Of a stretch of 64,000 nucleotides of DNA, positions 26,401 to 38,695 are shown one piece after another (within the stretch, counting starts at the first letter, position 1; each line of letters begins with the position of its first letter). Below the pieces are notes generated by a model that worked only from the letters and a program-made list of their open reading frames with translations, had not been told where the DNA came from and searched no databases. The stretch covers positions 93,930,001 through 93,994,000 of the forward strand of contig NC_082714.1 in NCBI RefSeq assembly GCF_030144855.1. Reading direction: 5' to 3'. Both the position numbers and the translations under genes were made by a program. The DNA is from Hypanus sabinus (taxonomy: Eukaryota).

Positions 26401-27420
26401 ATATCTTACTGCCACGTGGCACAGGCATTAATCCCCAGATTACTACTTTTGAGGTCCTGCTTCAGAACTTCCTTTGTAATTCCCTCTAGTTTGTTATAAG
26501 TCCTCTTCCATTTTCCTACATACGCCACTTGTTCCAGTATGTACCACGACCTCTGGCTGTTCTCCCTCCCTCCGCAGGATATCTTGGACGCGATCCGAAA
26601 CATCCCTGACCCTGACAACTGGGAGGCAAACTGCAATCAGATTTTCTTTCCAGCGTCCACAGAATCGCTTGTCTGACCCCCTAACAATAGAGTCCCGTAT
26701 CACTACTGCCTTCCTCTTCCCATCGTTGCCTTTCTGAGCTACAGGGCCAGACTCTGTGCCAGAGGGACGGTCATTGCCGCTTTCCCCAGGTAGACTATCT
26801 CCCCTACCCCCTGCAGTACTCAAATAGGAGTACTTGTTGTCAAGTGGTACAACCACAGGGGTAATCTCTAATACTTCTCTATTCCACTTACCCCACCTGA
26901 CTGACGCACTTGTCTGTCTCCTGTGGTCCCGGTGTGACCACCTGCCTGTATCTCCTCTCTATCACCTCCGCTCTCTCCCTGACTTGGCGAAGGTCATCGA
27001 GTTGCATTTCCAATTCCCTAACTCGAGCTCTTAGGAGCTGCAGCTCGACACACCTGGTGCAGATATGGCCGGCCGGGAGGCTGGGTTACTCCAGAACCCC
27101 ACACATCTGACACTGAAAGCAGAAAACTGGCCTCACACACATACCTCCTACCTCGCCTCGGCTCGTTACCGCCTAAGCCCGCTGAGCTAACGCCCTATCA
27201 CTCTCTGCTGCCTCACTCCGCTGGATGTAGCGGCTATTTCAAACTTTGCCCGTTCTGCTGGCTGACGTCACACGCCCTGCGGAGACATGCCTCTATTTAA
27301 CACGTGTGGTAAAAAAAATCCCTTGCTCCAAAAAAGCAGCAGTTCACTCGCAGCCGTGTTGCCCTGAATTAAAAAAAACTGTTGAAGATTCCTTGCCTTT
27401 TTAAACCTTTCGCGTTTTGG
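23480..27420 (-). mobile_element. CR1 LINE remnants with ORF1 esterase and internally deleted ORF2; boundaries approximate
   Basis: ORF 26494-26856 has DSIVRG...CLP...VVVHTGT (SGNH-like ORF1). ORF 24630-24977 has VDVVYTDFSKSFD and VPLGSVL. ORF 23495-23767 is a 3' ORF2 fragment. Confidence 0.8.
23930..24416 (+). mobile_element. CR1 3' fragment inserted into an older antisense CR1
   Basis: ORF2 C-terminus (RVQKRFNRMLPG...TRGH), TATATGGT tail, 7-bp TSD ATTAATA at 23923-23929 and 24417-24423. Confidence 0.85.
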
Positions 27421-27429
27421 CCCCTTTCC

Positions 27430-28740
27430 GTTTCTAACTTGCACCCACAGAGACCCAGTGGGTAATTACTCCATGATTTCCTCATTTTCTGAAGACTTGA
27501 CGCTATCTCTGATCAGCAGTGCCACACCTCTACCTCTTTTGCCCCCCCACCCTGTCTTTTCTGAAACATCTAAAGCCGGGCACTCTAGTTGACCGTTCTT
27601 ACCCCTGAGCAATCCAATTCTTTATAAAGACCACAACATCATCGTTTCAAGTACAGATCCACGCTCTAAGCTCATCCGCTTTGTTCATGGTGTTTCTTGA
27701 ATTAAAATAGTCACATCTCAAACAATCGGGCAGAGCGTATCCCTTCTGTATCACCTTTCTATCGTCCCTTTAGCACTGCCTCCATGATTTCTCTGATTGT
27801 GAGCCAATCGCCTCTTCTTCCTTCTTCACTGTTCGGTTCCCAACCACGAGCAATTCTAGTTTAAACTCTCCCCAAGAGCAAACCTTCCTGCCAAGATATT
27901 GATCCCTCTGGGAATGAAGTGCATCCGGTCTTTTTTGTACAGGTCACGCCTGTCCCAACTGAGACCAGACTCTGTGTCGGAGGCGCGGCACTGTTGCTTT
28001 CCCCAGGTAGGCCGTCCATCCTCACCGCCCCCGCACAAATAGTACCAAGTATGAATACTTATTGTTAAGGGGGACAGCCACAGGGCACTCTCTAATATCT
28101 GACTCTAATTGGGAGCCAGTCGCGTCTTCCTCCTTCTTTACTGTTCGGTCCTTAACCCCCAGAAATTCTAGTTTAGACACTCCCGAAGATCAAACCTCCG
28201 TGCCAGGATATTGATCCTTCTGGGAATTAAGTGCATCCCGTGTTTTTGTACACATCATGCCTGTCCTAAACGAGGTCCCAATGATCCAGAAATCAGAATC
28301 CCTGCCCCCTGCTCCAATCCCTCAGCCACGAATATATCCTCCACCTCACTCTATTCCTGTACTTACTGTCGCTTGGCACAGAAGCTCGAGACGACTGACT
28401 TTGAAGTCCTGCTTCACAACTTCCTTCTTATCTCCTTGTAGTCTGATTTCAAGGCCTCCTCTCTTTTCGTACCTATGTTGCAGGTAGCACGACCTTTGGC
28501 CGTTCAACTTCCAACTTCGGGATATCGTGGACGCGATTAGAATTATATCGGACTCTGGCAGAGTCCTAGGAGGCAGAGTCCATGTTTCTTTGCTTCGTCC
28601 ACATAATTGCCTGACTGACCTCCCAGCTACAGAGTCCCCTATTACTGCTGCATTCTTCCTTTCCTTACCTTTCTGAGGCACAGGAGCAGACTCTGTGTCA
28701 GAGGCGCGGCTACTGTTGCTTTCCCCAGGTAGGCCGCACA
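27430..28740 (-). mobile_element. CR1 ORF1/ORF2-boundary fragments with a local tandem duplication
   Basis: About 27820-27950 is repeated at about 28120-28250; ORF 28346-28741 has VIGDS. Confidence 0.65.
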
Positions 28741-31700
28741 CTCCCCCCCCCCCACCCAGTTTCTTTCTCGCGCTAATAGTTACCGAAGTAAGACGGTTCA
28801 GTTGAAACGATTCGCAAAGAGCTCAGCGGGGTCCCACGAGTATGTATAACGGGGAGTCCCATCCTCAGAGACGGAACTATTCTTCCCGCGGAGAATGTGG
28901 CGTTTCCTTATGCCTGTTGAGAACGACTTTACGGATCAAAGTGGCCAAATACCCGCTTACCGCGTCTGTGTCACAGGGACTCTGTCGCCGCCTTCTGGAA
29001 GAGGATGGAGTGGAGGAAATGGAAAATACGGGGCCCCTTGTTTTCCAAGAAGCTGCCGGAGAAGGAAATAGCCACTTGAAGGGGCAGTGTCCCTCCTCCA
29101 GACAAGCCGGTCTTGACTGTCTCGGCTTCAGGAGACGAGTACTTCTTTAGAAATCCATTCGGTAGAAAGTTAAAGGACCTCTCCACTCTGTCTGAATTCC
29201 ATCCCGATTCAACAGTTACGTATTGCCACTCCGGCAAAACTCCCGCTCCTATTAAAGGGGCAGGGTCACCATTCATATGGTCTCTCATACGTCTGTGGAT
29301 AGCCTACCGCAAACGGACAACAAACTACCATAATCGCCCAGCTGGCGATTGAAGAGAGATCCGAGGTAACTTACAAAGTAATCGGAAGAACTCATCGGGT
29401 CAGGGCTTATCTTTGAAAGGAAGTGATCATTGGCATTTTATGTCAAGACCCTTAATCTATGCTTGTAATGAAACAGATTGTCTCCGAGATATACAGCCCC
29501 CAGTTTCCCAAGTTAACATGATGTTATTAAACTAAATAAAGGTGTTATTAAAATATTGGCATCAGTATTTGTTTAATATTGTGACGTACCAAAGTACAGT
29601 GAAAAACTTCTCTAAGATGCTGCTTAGAGAGCTGAAATCATTACACAATGCAATAAGGTAGAGTAAAATAATTACAATGCAGAGTAAAGTGCAACAGCTA
29701 CAGAGAAAGTGCGGTGCAGCTAAAAAATGAAGTGCAAATAATATCCAGGTAGATTGTAAGGCCAGAATTCCATCCATACAAATGGTCCGGACAAGAGTCG
29801 CACAACAGTGGTCAGAAGCTGCCCTTGGACCCGGAGGTACGTGTTTTCATGTCTTTTGTATTTCTGCCCGTTGGGAGAGCAAAGAAGAGAGAATGTCCGG
29901 GGTGGGTGGGGTCTTTCATTACGGCTTACTGAGGCTGGTTTCCTTGGTATGCTGAGCTCCGTGCACAATTATCTGTAGTTTCTCCTGGTTCTGGTTATAG
30001 CGTCCGCCATAGACCTGTTCGGAGGTAGGTGAATTGCAGCGGGTGTAGGTTGTCCAGAAAGCTGGAGTGGACACAAGCCATTAAGAGGCTGTCATGAAGC
30101 CAGATGTCAAAGCCACCATGCAGTGGTCTTTAAGGCATGGACTTTTGTTTCTCTCAAGTACTGGAATGACCGTGGTCTACTTAAAGTAGGAGAGAACTAA
30201 ACCTTAGTATTGGAAGAGATTAGATTTTACTGTCAGTTGAACTGCATAGGATCTAACGTCATGGCCAATAAGACAAACCGGGCCCAATTCATTCGGTATG
30301 AACTAGAAAGAACTTAAAAATATGTTACATTGACTGTAGGGCTCGAGTTGCAAGGGAAGGTTGACTAGATTAGGACTGTTCGCTGGAATGTTGAAAAGAG
30401 TCCTGACAGGCATATAAGAACACGTGGAGCGAAGGCAAGGCGAAAACAGGCCGTCTTTTTTTTTCCAGGTAAAGGGCGCTCAGAAGAGGACAAAGGTTTA
30501 AAATCAGATGCGAGAGATTTAAGACGAAAATGAGGTGCTGCTTTTTCATGCAAAGGGTGGTGAATATTTGAATGGAGCTGCCAGATACTGAGGTCAAGGC
30601 GCGTACATTAACATTTTTATAAACTATCTAAAACATTTAAAGGATAGGACAGGGTTAGCGGTCTATAGGCCAAAAGCGGGCAGATGGGATGGACATTGGG
30701 CCGAAGGGCCGCTTTGAGCCCTGTGTGAGTCAATGATTTCACTGTTACTTCCGAGAAACAGTCAGGAATGTTTCTAGAGACCGAGTCCCAGTAAACAAAG
30801 ATTCAAAACGGGGGACAAATGACCTTTGTGCAACAGGTCGTTGTGATCAGGAATTAAAGCCCAAAAACTCTGGAAATATTTGTTAATCAGAACATAGAAA
30901 AAAAACACAGGAACATGCCCTTCGGCCCACGATGTTGTTTGCCAAAAACTGTGACAAATGAAACTAATTCTCGTTTACTTGAACGTGATCCATGTCCTGT
31001 CATATTGAATTTTTTTTCTCTAACGGACTCTAAGACATCACTATGATAAACACAAGAGTTTCTGGAGATGCTGAAAATCCAGAGCAACAGACGCAAAATA
31101 CTGGACCAACCCAAGAGGCCAGACAGCAACTGTGGAAAGGAATAATGGTTAATGACCAATATTTTGCTCCTTTAACAGGCCTCTACATCGGTCCCTGAGA
31201 GACACCACTTGTCACAAACCTCTATCACGAATATGTGCGTGTGTGTGTTTATACATGTGTTGATGTCAGCATATGATGTGTTTTCGACCAAGATAATAGA
31301 ACCAATTAGTGCAATCAAACACTCCGTGTAATTGGTTTATTATTGCACCGAGGAACAGTAAAAAAATCTTTCTTTTACGTTCATTTCACCGAGATCATTT
31401 CATCATATCAGTACAAGTCCCATTGGTCATTGCCAGCGCACAACATGCCAGCCTCCCCCCGCCCCCACCATCCTCAATATTTGACCTCATTCCTCTCTCG
31501 CTTAATCTGCTTACCAATCTACTCTTTAGCTTCATCTTCTGTGGAAATATCCAGAAGGAATCTCGAGTGAAAACGAGTTGCTCTGCCCACTGTGCGGTTT
31601 TCAGGCGAGAAGTTAAACTGAAGCCGGTCTGTTCATTACCACTCCACGGAAAACAAGTGAAAGTAACACTTTCCTTCCTTGGAGCCAATGTCGATCAAAT

Positions 31701-32166
31701 TCAGACCAGACACCTTTACGTAGCCGGTTTGTGGGAGCTTTCTGTGTAAATATTGGTCTGCGTCATTTTCAATGCTGCAAGATCGATTATAAAACCACTC
31801 CGTTGTTTTTTTAAACAGCTTTGGAACGCAGGAAGCGTGATGCACGTTGCAAACTTCCTCGCCCGCCTCTGACACAACTATCGCCGCAAGGAAACATCGC
31901 TAAAACCACTTCATCAAACACTTGTAGATTAAAAATTAACCCCGACAATGTAGCTGCCCAGCCAACTGTATGTACTTCTCTGGAGGAAGACTTCCTGTCC
32001 TAATTAGGCCTTCATGATAAATCTAACCAGAGTCCTGTCTATAGTCTCACAGACTAGAGTTAGTACTGTGCAGGGTGCTTCGAGTGCGGCCTGACCAACG
32101 TGAGTAAGCGTGTATGTTTTTTAAGTGCTTGCAAACCGCGTTCCATCTGAGTGTACCTGGCCCTGA

Positions 32167-32294
32167 GTAAACAGGAAACCCGCAGAACGCCTCTACCTTT
32201 TTCCAATACAACCGAACGTTTACTAATAAGCATTACGTTTCATTCTCATCATTTACAAAGGATCTCGTCCCGTCCCTTGCGCCAACTTTATAAA
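32167..32294 (+). promoter_or_regulatory. Putative gene 1 promoter: GTAAACAGGAAACC (FOX plus ETS-like) and TATAAA
   Basis: TATAAA at 32289-32294, about 55 nt before the ATG. Composite motif near 32167. Further GGAA cores at 31830-32000. Confidence 0.6.
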
Positions 32295-32347
32295 CCGACG
32301 GACACGCGTCTGCGATTAACACCCGGAGTTTAAATGGTTCACGAACA

Positions 32348-32390
32348 ATGAGATGCTGCGCGGTCTTCGCGGTCTCTTACTTAGTGCAAG
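32348..32390 (+). CDS. Gene 1 leader exon (MRCCAVFAVSYLVQ)
   Basis: ACAATG start, hydrophobic peptide, phase-1 donor CAAG|gtgagc. Confidence 0.8.
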
Positions 32391-33092
32391 GTGAGCGACC
32401 CGAGTTTCGAGAAGAGAAAAGCTTGGACGGCTGGTTTAGAGGGAATGCTGATCGTTAATTAACTGAAGGGATTTGGTAGAATAAATAAGTAGATTCTAAT
32501 ACCGCAGGGCATGCATTTAATTGAAATGGTGTAGTTTGGAAAGAGATGTGGAGGGCAGATAATGGTGGTGCCTGGAATGCGCTGGGGAGGTGATAGAGGC
32601 AGACACATTAGGGACTTTTGAAATACTTCATATAGGAACATTGATGCGAGGAAAGTGGACGTTGTGTCGATAGAAGAGGTTAGATGGCCACTTGATTATT
32701 AATTTAATTGGATCGGCACAAAAGGGCCCGTTACTCTGCTCTGCTGTTCTATATTGTATGTTGATATTTTTGTTTAACTACCGACACCGATCATCAGAGA
32801 AAGCAGAAGGTAGAATTAGGAAGGTAGATTACTCTGGAGAGAAGGTGCGGTAAATTAATTCCCACCCCACCAGCGAATGAAGTAACTGGAAGGATTTCCA
32901 ATGGAGTTTTAAGAAGGGGATTTAGATACCATTATGTGAGTAGAGCAGCCGGTAGTACAATTAACTGTAGAGACTGAGCATGTTGTTCTTTCTGTGTTCC
33001 AAAGTCTCAATTCGTAAAAAGATGGCGCGAGGTTGAAGTCATTGTGTTATCAGTGACAGGACCACTCTGTGATCAAATCTTCCTTTTCTTAG

Positions 33093-33419
33093 TTTGTGTG
33101 TCTCAGCTCGCCTTGTTCCAGTCTCCGCCGATTCAGACCGTCCATGTCGGAGATCGAGCCATCCTGAATTGTAGCCGGGACCTCGGTGTGCTTCCTTATA
33201 TACACTGGTATAAACGGAGCGACCAAAGGCATCTGCAGTTCGTTTCCAGGGTGGGCAAATTCGAGGAAACGAAGGGGAGGTTCTCGGGGCAAGTAGACGA
33301 AAAATCGGCCACTTACTCCCTGGTGATTGAAAAAGTCCAGCAAAATGATTCCGGGATCTACTTTTGCGTAGACCAGTTCCATGGCGATTTCGGCAATGGA
33401 TCCAAACTAGTGGTCACAG
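33093..33419 (+). CDS. Gene 1 Ig V domain with in-exon J motif
   Basis: Acceptor tccttttcttag. LNC...HWYKR...GRFSG...YSLVI...DSGIYFC...FGNGSKLVVT. Donor ACAG|gtaatt. Confidence 0.93.
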
Positions 33420-34129
33420 GTAATTCGTCGTAACAAGTAACATACACTTCTGCTTTTTTATAGTCCATCACCTCTACTGGGCACAGACGCGGAAAGCAGC
33501 TCGCTAGAGTTTTCTATCCTGTGCCACTTTCAAATTGTCCCAGTGTGTAGCCGATTTCCGGAAATCCCTCTTCTCCCAGGGAGCTTCCGTTTGCGTTACT
33601 GTAGCACTGATGTTTTACGGGATGGGGTTACGAACCTCATGCCCAACCATACTCCTTTCGTAGCCGGGCTTAGGACTGTATAGAGCGGCGTTTTGCTGAG
33701 GACCATAGTGTACGTAGAGGGTATAATTAGTACGTTCACGAATGAGACGGGCATTTGTGATGCTGTTGGAAGTACGGAGATTAAGTTTGAAATACAGAGT
33801 GATACTGCTGAGGTTAATTGTATAATTTAGAGATACAGCACGGCATCAGTATCTTTCACTTACGAGTTAATTATCACATCTTTAGAATGAGGGAGGAAAT
33901 CGGAGCTCTCGGAGGAACTCCACGCGTTTCCGTACTAACCCCTTACAGGTACCGACGGGGACTGAACCATAGTCTTACAGTTGGCGCAGTAAAGCGTTGC
34001 CATAATTGCTACGCTACCGTGCCACCCCTAAATGTGGTCAGAACAACGGCAGATGTAATTTAAATTTGAGAAATTTGAGGCGAAGTGTTTTGGAAGCTCG
34101 GAAACAGATATAATGACCAGCAGTAGCAA

Positions 34130-36300
34130 GGGAGAATTGGAGACAAGTTGGTGAAGCAAACATATCAAATACTTCTCTTCAGTTGCCGCTGGATAGAATC
34201 TAAGCGCAAGGAAGTGGGTATATTCAAACTGATGAACACATTAATCAAACCACAATTGGAGTCGCGTGTTAAAATTGGAGACAGGGCGTTAATTGGAGCA
34301 AGGGCATGATTGCGCTGGAGAGGATGCAGAGAGGATTCACCACTTTTGCGTCCTCGAATTTCTCGAATATTTAATGCTCATTATAAAAGATTCATTTCGG
34401 ATCTTTAAGATCCGACAAGCGAGGTCTTTAATTAAGTGTGTAGGTTACCAATGAGGGAAGGAATGCTATTTAACCATATCTAAGTGAATGAAGTTTGTGG
34501 TAAGGCCATAAATAATCTCATCAGTATCATGGCAGATGTATTTTCCCTCCCGATCACATTCTCCTGCCTTCTCCCAATAACTTTTGAGACCCTTACTAAT
34601 TAAGATCCTATCAACCTCGGCTTTAAATATTGGTCTGCATAGCTCCCTGTGGCAATGAATTCCAAAGATTCACCACCTTCTGGCTCGTCAGTTTGAAAAA
34701 GTGTGAGCTGGGAAGCGGTTTTGGAATAGTGGCCGTGACTCCACATATTTCAAGTGGAGTTATATTTCAAGAAAATACAAGTTCGCATGAACCAGAAACA
34801 AACCTCTTAAACGGGGCAAATCCATGTTCGTTAATATCAGACAGGAACTGGATAGAGTTCAATTGGAGCACCCGCTTGCCGGTATGTCCCGATGTATATG
34901 GAAGAAATAGGAAAAACTCAGGCCCTACATGCTCCTGTAAGGGTAAAAGGAAGAGGTCATAATCTCAGTGAACTACGGACGACAAGGTTTTGAGGACGGA
35001 TAAAATTAAAAAAGAAATGAAACGTAGGTTACGTATAGAAAGTTAAAGACGATCGAATCCCTTCCTGGTAGCAAATTGGTAGGCGATGCTTAAACGGCAG
35101 ATTAAGTAAAGTCACAAAATATCAATGGCAAGTATTAAGAGTTTATCTGCAAGTCGCCTAAAAGCGTATTAAGGGCGAAATATCATCCAAGGTAATATTA
35201 GAGGCCATTACCAGCAACAGACGAATCTGTCTTTGGAGCTGGAAGTTATTGGAATGGTGTTAAATGAGTACGCTTCATCAGAATTCACAAAGGTAGCGCA
35301 CCTTGTAGATAGAGGCATCAGTGAAGGAAAAGGTGAACTTTTGGTGTAAATCTCAATAAATTAAGAACACGCTTTTGAAACCATAGCGGCTTTAAAAGTC
35401 CAAAATCACCGGATCTATCCTAGGATTTTGTGGCAAGCAAAGTGTGAGATTGTTGGGTCTTTAAGTGAGGTATTGTAAATTTACGCGGGATACATGTGAG
35501 GCTCCTGGAAGGTAGCAGTTGGAGTACCAGGGCAAAGACTGGCAAAAATAGACCTATGAATGGTAGGGATCTTAAAAGACTGAACTTCGGGGGACAGGAT
35601 CAATAAAATGTTGCAGTGACAAAGTCTAAACAGAGACAGCCAAGCTGGCTATGTCAATAGCTGATCATGTCCGAGAAATCTGAATCGAAATTCTTGAGGA
35701 GATAGCCAAGTCTATGATATAGACAATGCAATCAATGTATGTTTTACATGCACTTCAGTGAAGCCTCTGACAAGGTGTTATATAGACATTGACCAGGGCA
35801 ATGTCGCAAACGATTCCACATTGAACTGGCAACAAGGGCAAGGGAAGGTTGGATGCCTGTTACTAGGGGTGTTCTCAAAGAATAGATGGTGGAACCTTGG
35901 CTGTTTGAAATACTCTTGAATAGCTTAGATTCTGATATAAGAAGCAAGATCATTAAATTTGTGGAGAATATAAAGAAGGGCGAAATAGTGGTTAGTACGG
36001 ATAGTGTGAAAGTTAGTCTTTGTCCAAGGGCTGATACTGAAGTGTTGATGAAATGCATTATAAATGTTAACCCGGAACCGCGCGAGTGGATGCGCTTTGG
36101 GAGGATTAATGAGGAAAAAACATGAGAAACATAGAGGTTGAGGGACAGAAGGACCTTGGATTACAAATCCAGTGATCATTCAACGCGGCATCGCACGTGC
36201 ATACTGTGATTATGAAGGCAAATGGATATTGGCCTTTCATTAGTCAGGTTATTGAATAGAGAAGCAGGTAGGTTATAGACACGAAGGCCATAGACAGCAG
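34130..36300 (+). mobile_element. Degraded CR1 fragments in gene 1 intron 2; boundaries approximate
   Basis: CR1 ORF2-like remnants, e.g. around 35740-35800 and 36050-36290. Confidence 0.6.
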
Positions 36301-37188
36301 GAGGCCGTTCCACATATTTGAAGTAGACAAACAAAAGTGAATAGAATTATGATAAGGTAAAAGATTATCGTGGGGAGCTGAAGAGGAGCAACCACCATAG
36401 ACCGGTTACAGTAGATTTTCTGACAGTATCTAGAAGGTGTCGAGATGAGTTAATTGATAACTTAGACAGAAGGGTCTTTGCTAAGTGTAGGAAGATTGGA
36501 TTAATGTGGATTGGTGCCAACTGGTCGAGATGGTGAGCCACATTGTCTGCTTCCTGGCTGGAGGTCTCTATCACAACGATGTCGTTTCGTTTGCGAGGAG
36601 CGGCTGTAACGTTGCTTTATTTTCCTTGGGGTGGAGAGGGTAAGCTGATAGAAGTGTGAACCATCAGCTGAGTCTAATCACGGGACAGTATACAATGACC
36701 AATTAACCTACTGACTGGTACGAGTTTTGACTGTGTCAGGAAACCGGAGCATCCGGTGGAAACCCACGCTCTCCACGAGGAATGGTCTTTCAGGGCGACA
36801 AACTCCTTACAGTGGAAGCCGGGGTTGAACTCCAAACTCCGTCTCCTTGAAGTATAATAGCGTCGCGCTAAAAGCTCTGCTGCCGATGCGCCGGTAAATG
36901 TATCGATAAACCTATATGGAGGAGGGCGGCGAGATTTAGAGAAGGTTTGAAGAAACATGTTTCTCTCCGTGGGGCGTTGGGATCTCACTCCCTGAGGGGA
37001 AGCGATGTAGCTGCACGCTCAGTTTTGGAGGTGAACAATCTCAGACAGAGGGCCTTATAAACTAGGAGTAGTAGAGATATGCAATACACCGACAGCACGG
37101 GGAAGATGGCCAGAATAGCCTGTTTTTGAAACGGTGATTAAAATTGGCCATCCAATTAATACAGTGCTGTTGTGTTTTCCGCATCCAG

Positions 37189-37479
37189 CACAGTCTCCTA
37201 CCATATTCTTGTTAGCGCCGCAAGAGGATCAAATTGCTGAAAAGCAACTGGTGACGTTGATGTGTTTGGTGAGAGGCGTGTCTTCCCACTCCCTGCGCAT
37301 CCGCTGGAACGTATCGGGAAATACCACAGAAGGTCGCGTTGATCCACCGATATTTGATCCGGACGGAGGCTACAGCGTTAGAAGCCGCTTCCAGATCCCG
37401 GCGGAAAGTTGGCAAAGCGGGACCGTCTGCTCTTGCGCCACTGGACATCTGGTCAGTGACAGTGTCTCCGCTCAGAAAG
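37189..37479 (+). CDS. Gene 1 Ig C1-set domain exon
   Basis: Acceptor tttccgcatccag. SPTIFLLAP...TLMCLVRG...IRWNV...DPDGGYSVRSRF...W...VCSC. Donor AAAG|gtatcg. 291 nt, phase 1-1. Confidence 0.92.
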
Positions 37480-38499
37480 GTATCGTAGAAACTAGCGATT
37501 CCCATCAGCATAATGACGCGAGGCCATTCGGCCCTTTATATCTATGCCTAGCATCGAGTTATCCCGCTCTACAGCGCTGTCTCCGTGGCCCCAACGGCTC
37601 TATTGCCGCATTCAAACACTGTGTAAATGTGAGCAGAGCTTCCCCCCCTCGCCACCGATCATGGAAACTTTCACTTCTATCCGAGTGAAACCCTTTCCAT
37701 CATTTCCTTTATCATCACTCAAAACTAACTTTTAATGGGCATCTCTTGTTTTGGCCACTCTGCTCAGGGAAATGGTCAGAATCAGAATCAGATTTATTAT
37801 CATTGACTTTTCATTCATAATAATTCACTTTAGATTCTTCAAACTACAAAGTACATTTATTATCAGAGTATTTACAGGTCACGATATATCGCATTGAGGT
37901 CACAGACATTCAGAGTCGAATTACAGCAGAATTGGTGAAAAAAATATGAATAACGAAGAGTGACAAACAACCAACGTACAAACGAAGTCATATCGTACAA
38001 ATAATAAATAAGTTAATAAATAATAATGAGTTGTAGAGTCCTTAAAAGTACTCATCACCCGACACACGACTCCGATAAATTTTGGACAGATAAGCTTTAA
38101 TTGTCAAGTGTACATCGAAAAATACAGTGAACTGCGTCTTTTGCGTCAAATCTAATCAGTGATGGTGTACTGGGGTTGCCCGTAAGTGCCGCCATGCTTC
38201 CGACGGCAGCAGAGCATGCCTGTAACTCACTAACCCAAACGCTATGTCCTCGGAATGTGAGGGCAAACCGGAGCACCCAGAGGCAACACGCGGGGTTAAC
38301 GGGATAATCTACAATCTCTTTGAAGACAGCAGCAGGAACCGAGCCAGAATCTTTCAGCCGGCAATGAAAGTCGTTTCGCTAACCGATACGTTACCGCACT
38401 GACCTATAAATTTACCCATAGTACCTCAGAATTTATATAATGGGGGAAACTGGCTACATAACATTCAACTAATCACAACTCATCATTGTGGAACGAGCT

Positions 38500-38695
38500 T
38501 CCAGTAGAAGTGGGAGAGGTAGGTTCGGTATTGTCATTCAAAGTAGAATTGGATAAGTATATGGACAAGAAAGGAATGGAGGGTTACGGGCTGAGTGCGG
38601 GACAGTGGGAGTAGGTGAGAGTAAGCGTTTGGCATGGACTAGAAGGGCCGAAATGGCCTATTTCTGTACTGTAATTTTTATATGGTTATTTGGTT
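38500..38695 (+). mobile_element. Short CR1 3' end, same subfamily as 23930-24416
   Basis: Shares GGAAAGGAATGGAGGGTTA...GGCCGA.ATG.CCT and the TATATGGTTAT tail. Confidence 0.75.

Noticed and set aside
31309-31749. 146-aa plus-strand ORF upstream of gene 1
   Set aside because: GTG start, no recognisable domain and no splice context; treated as a chance ORF.
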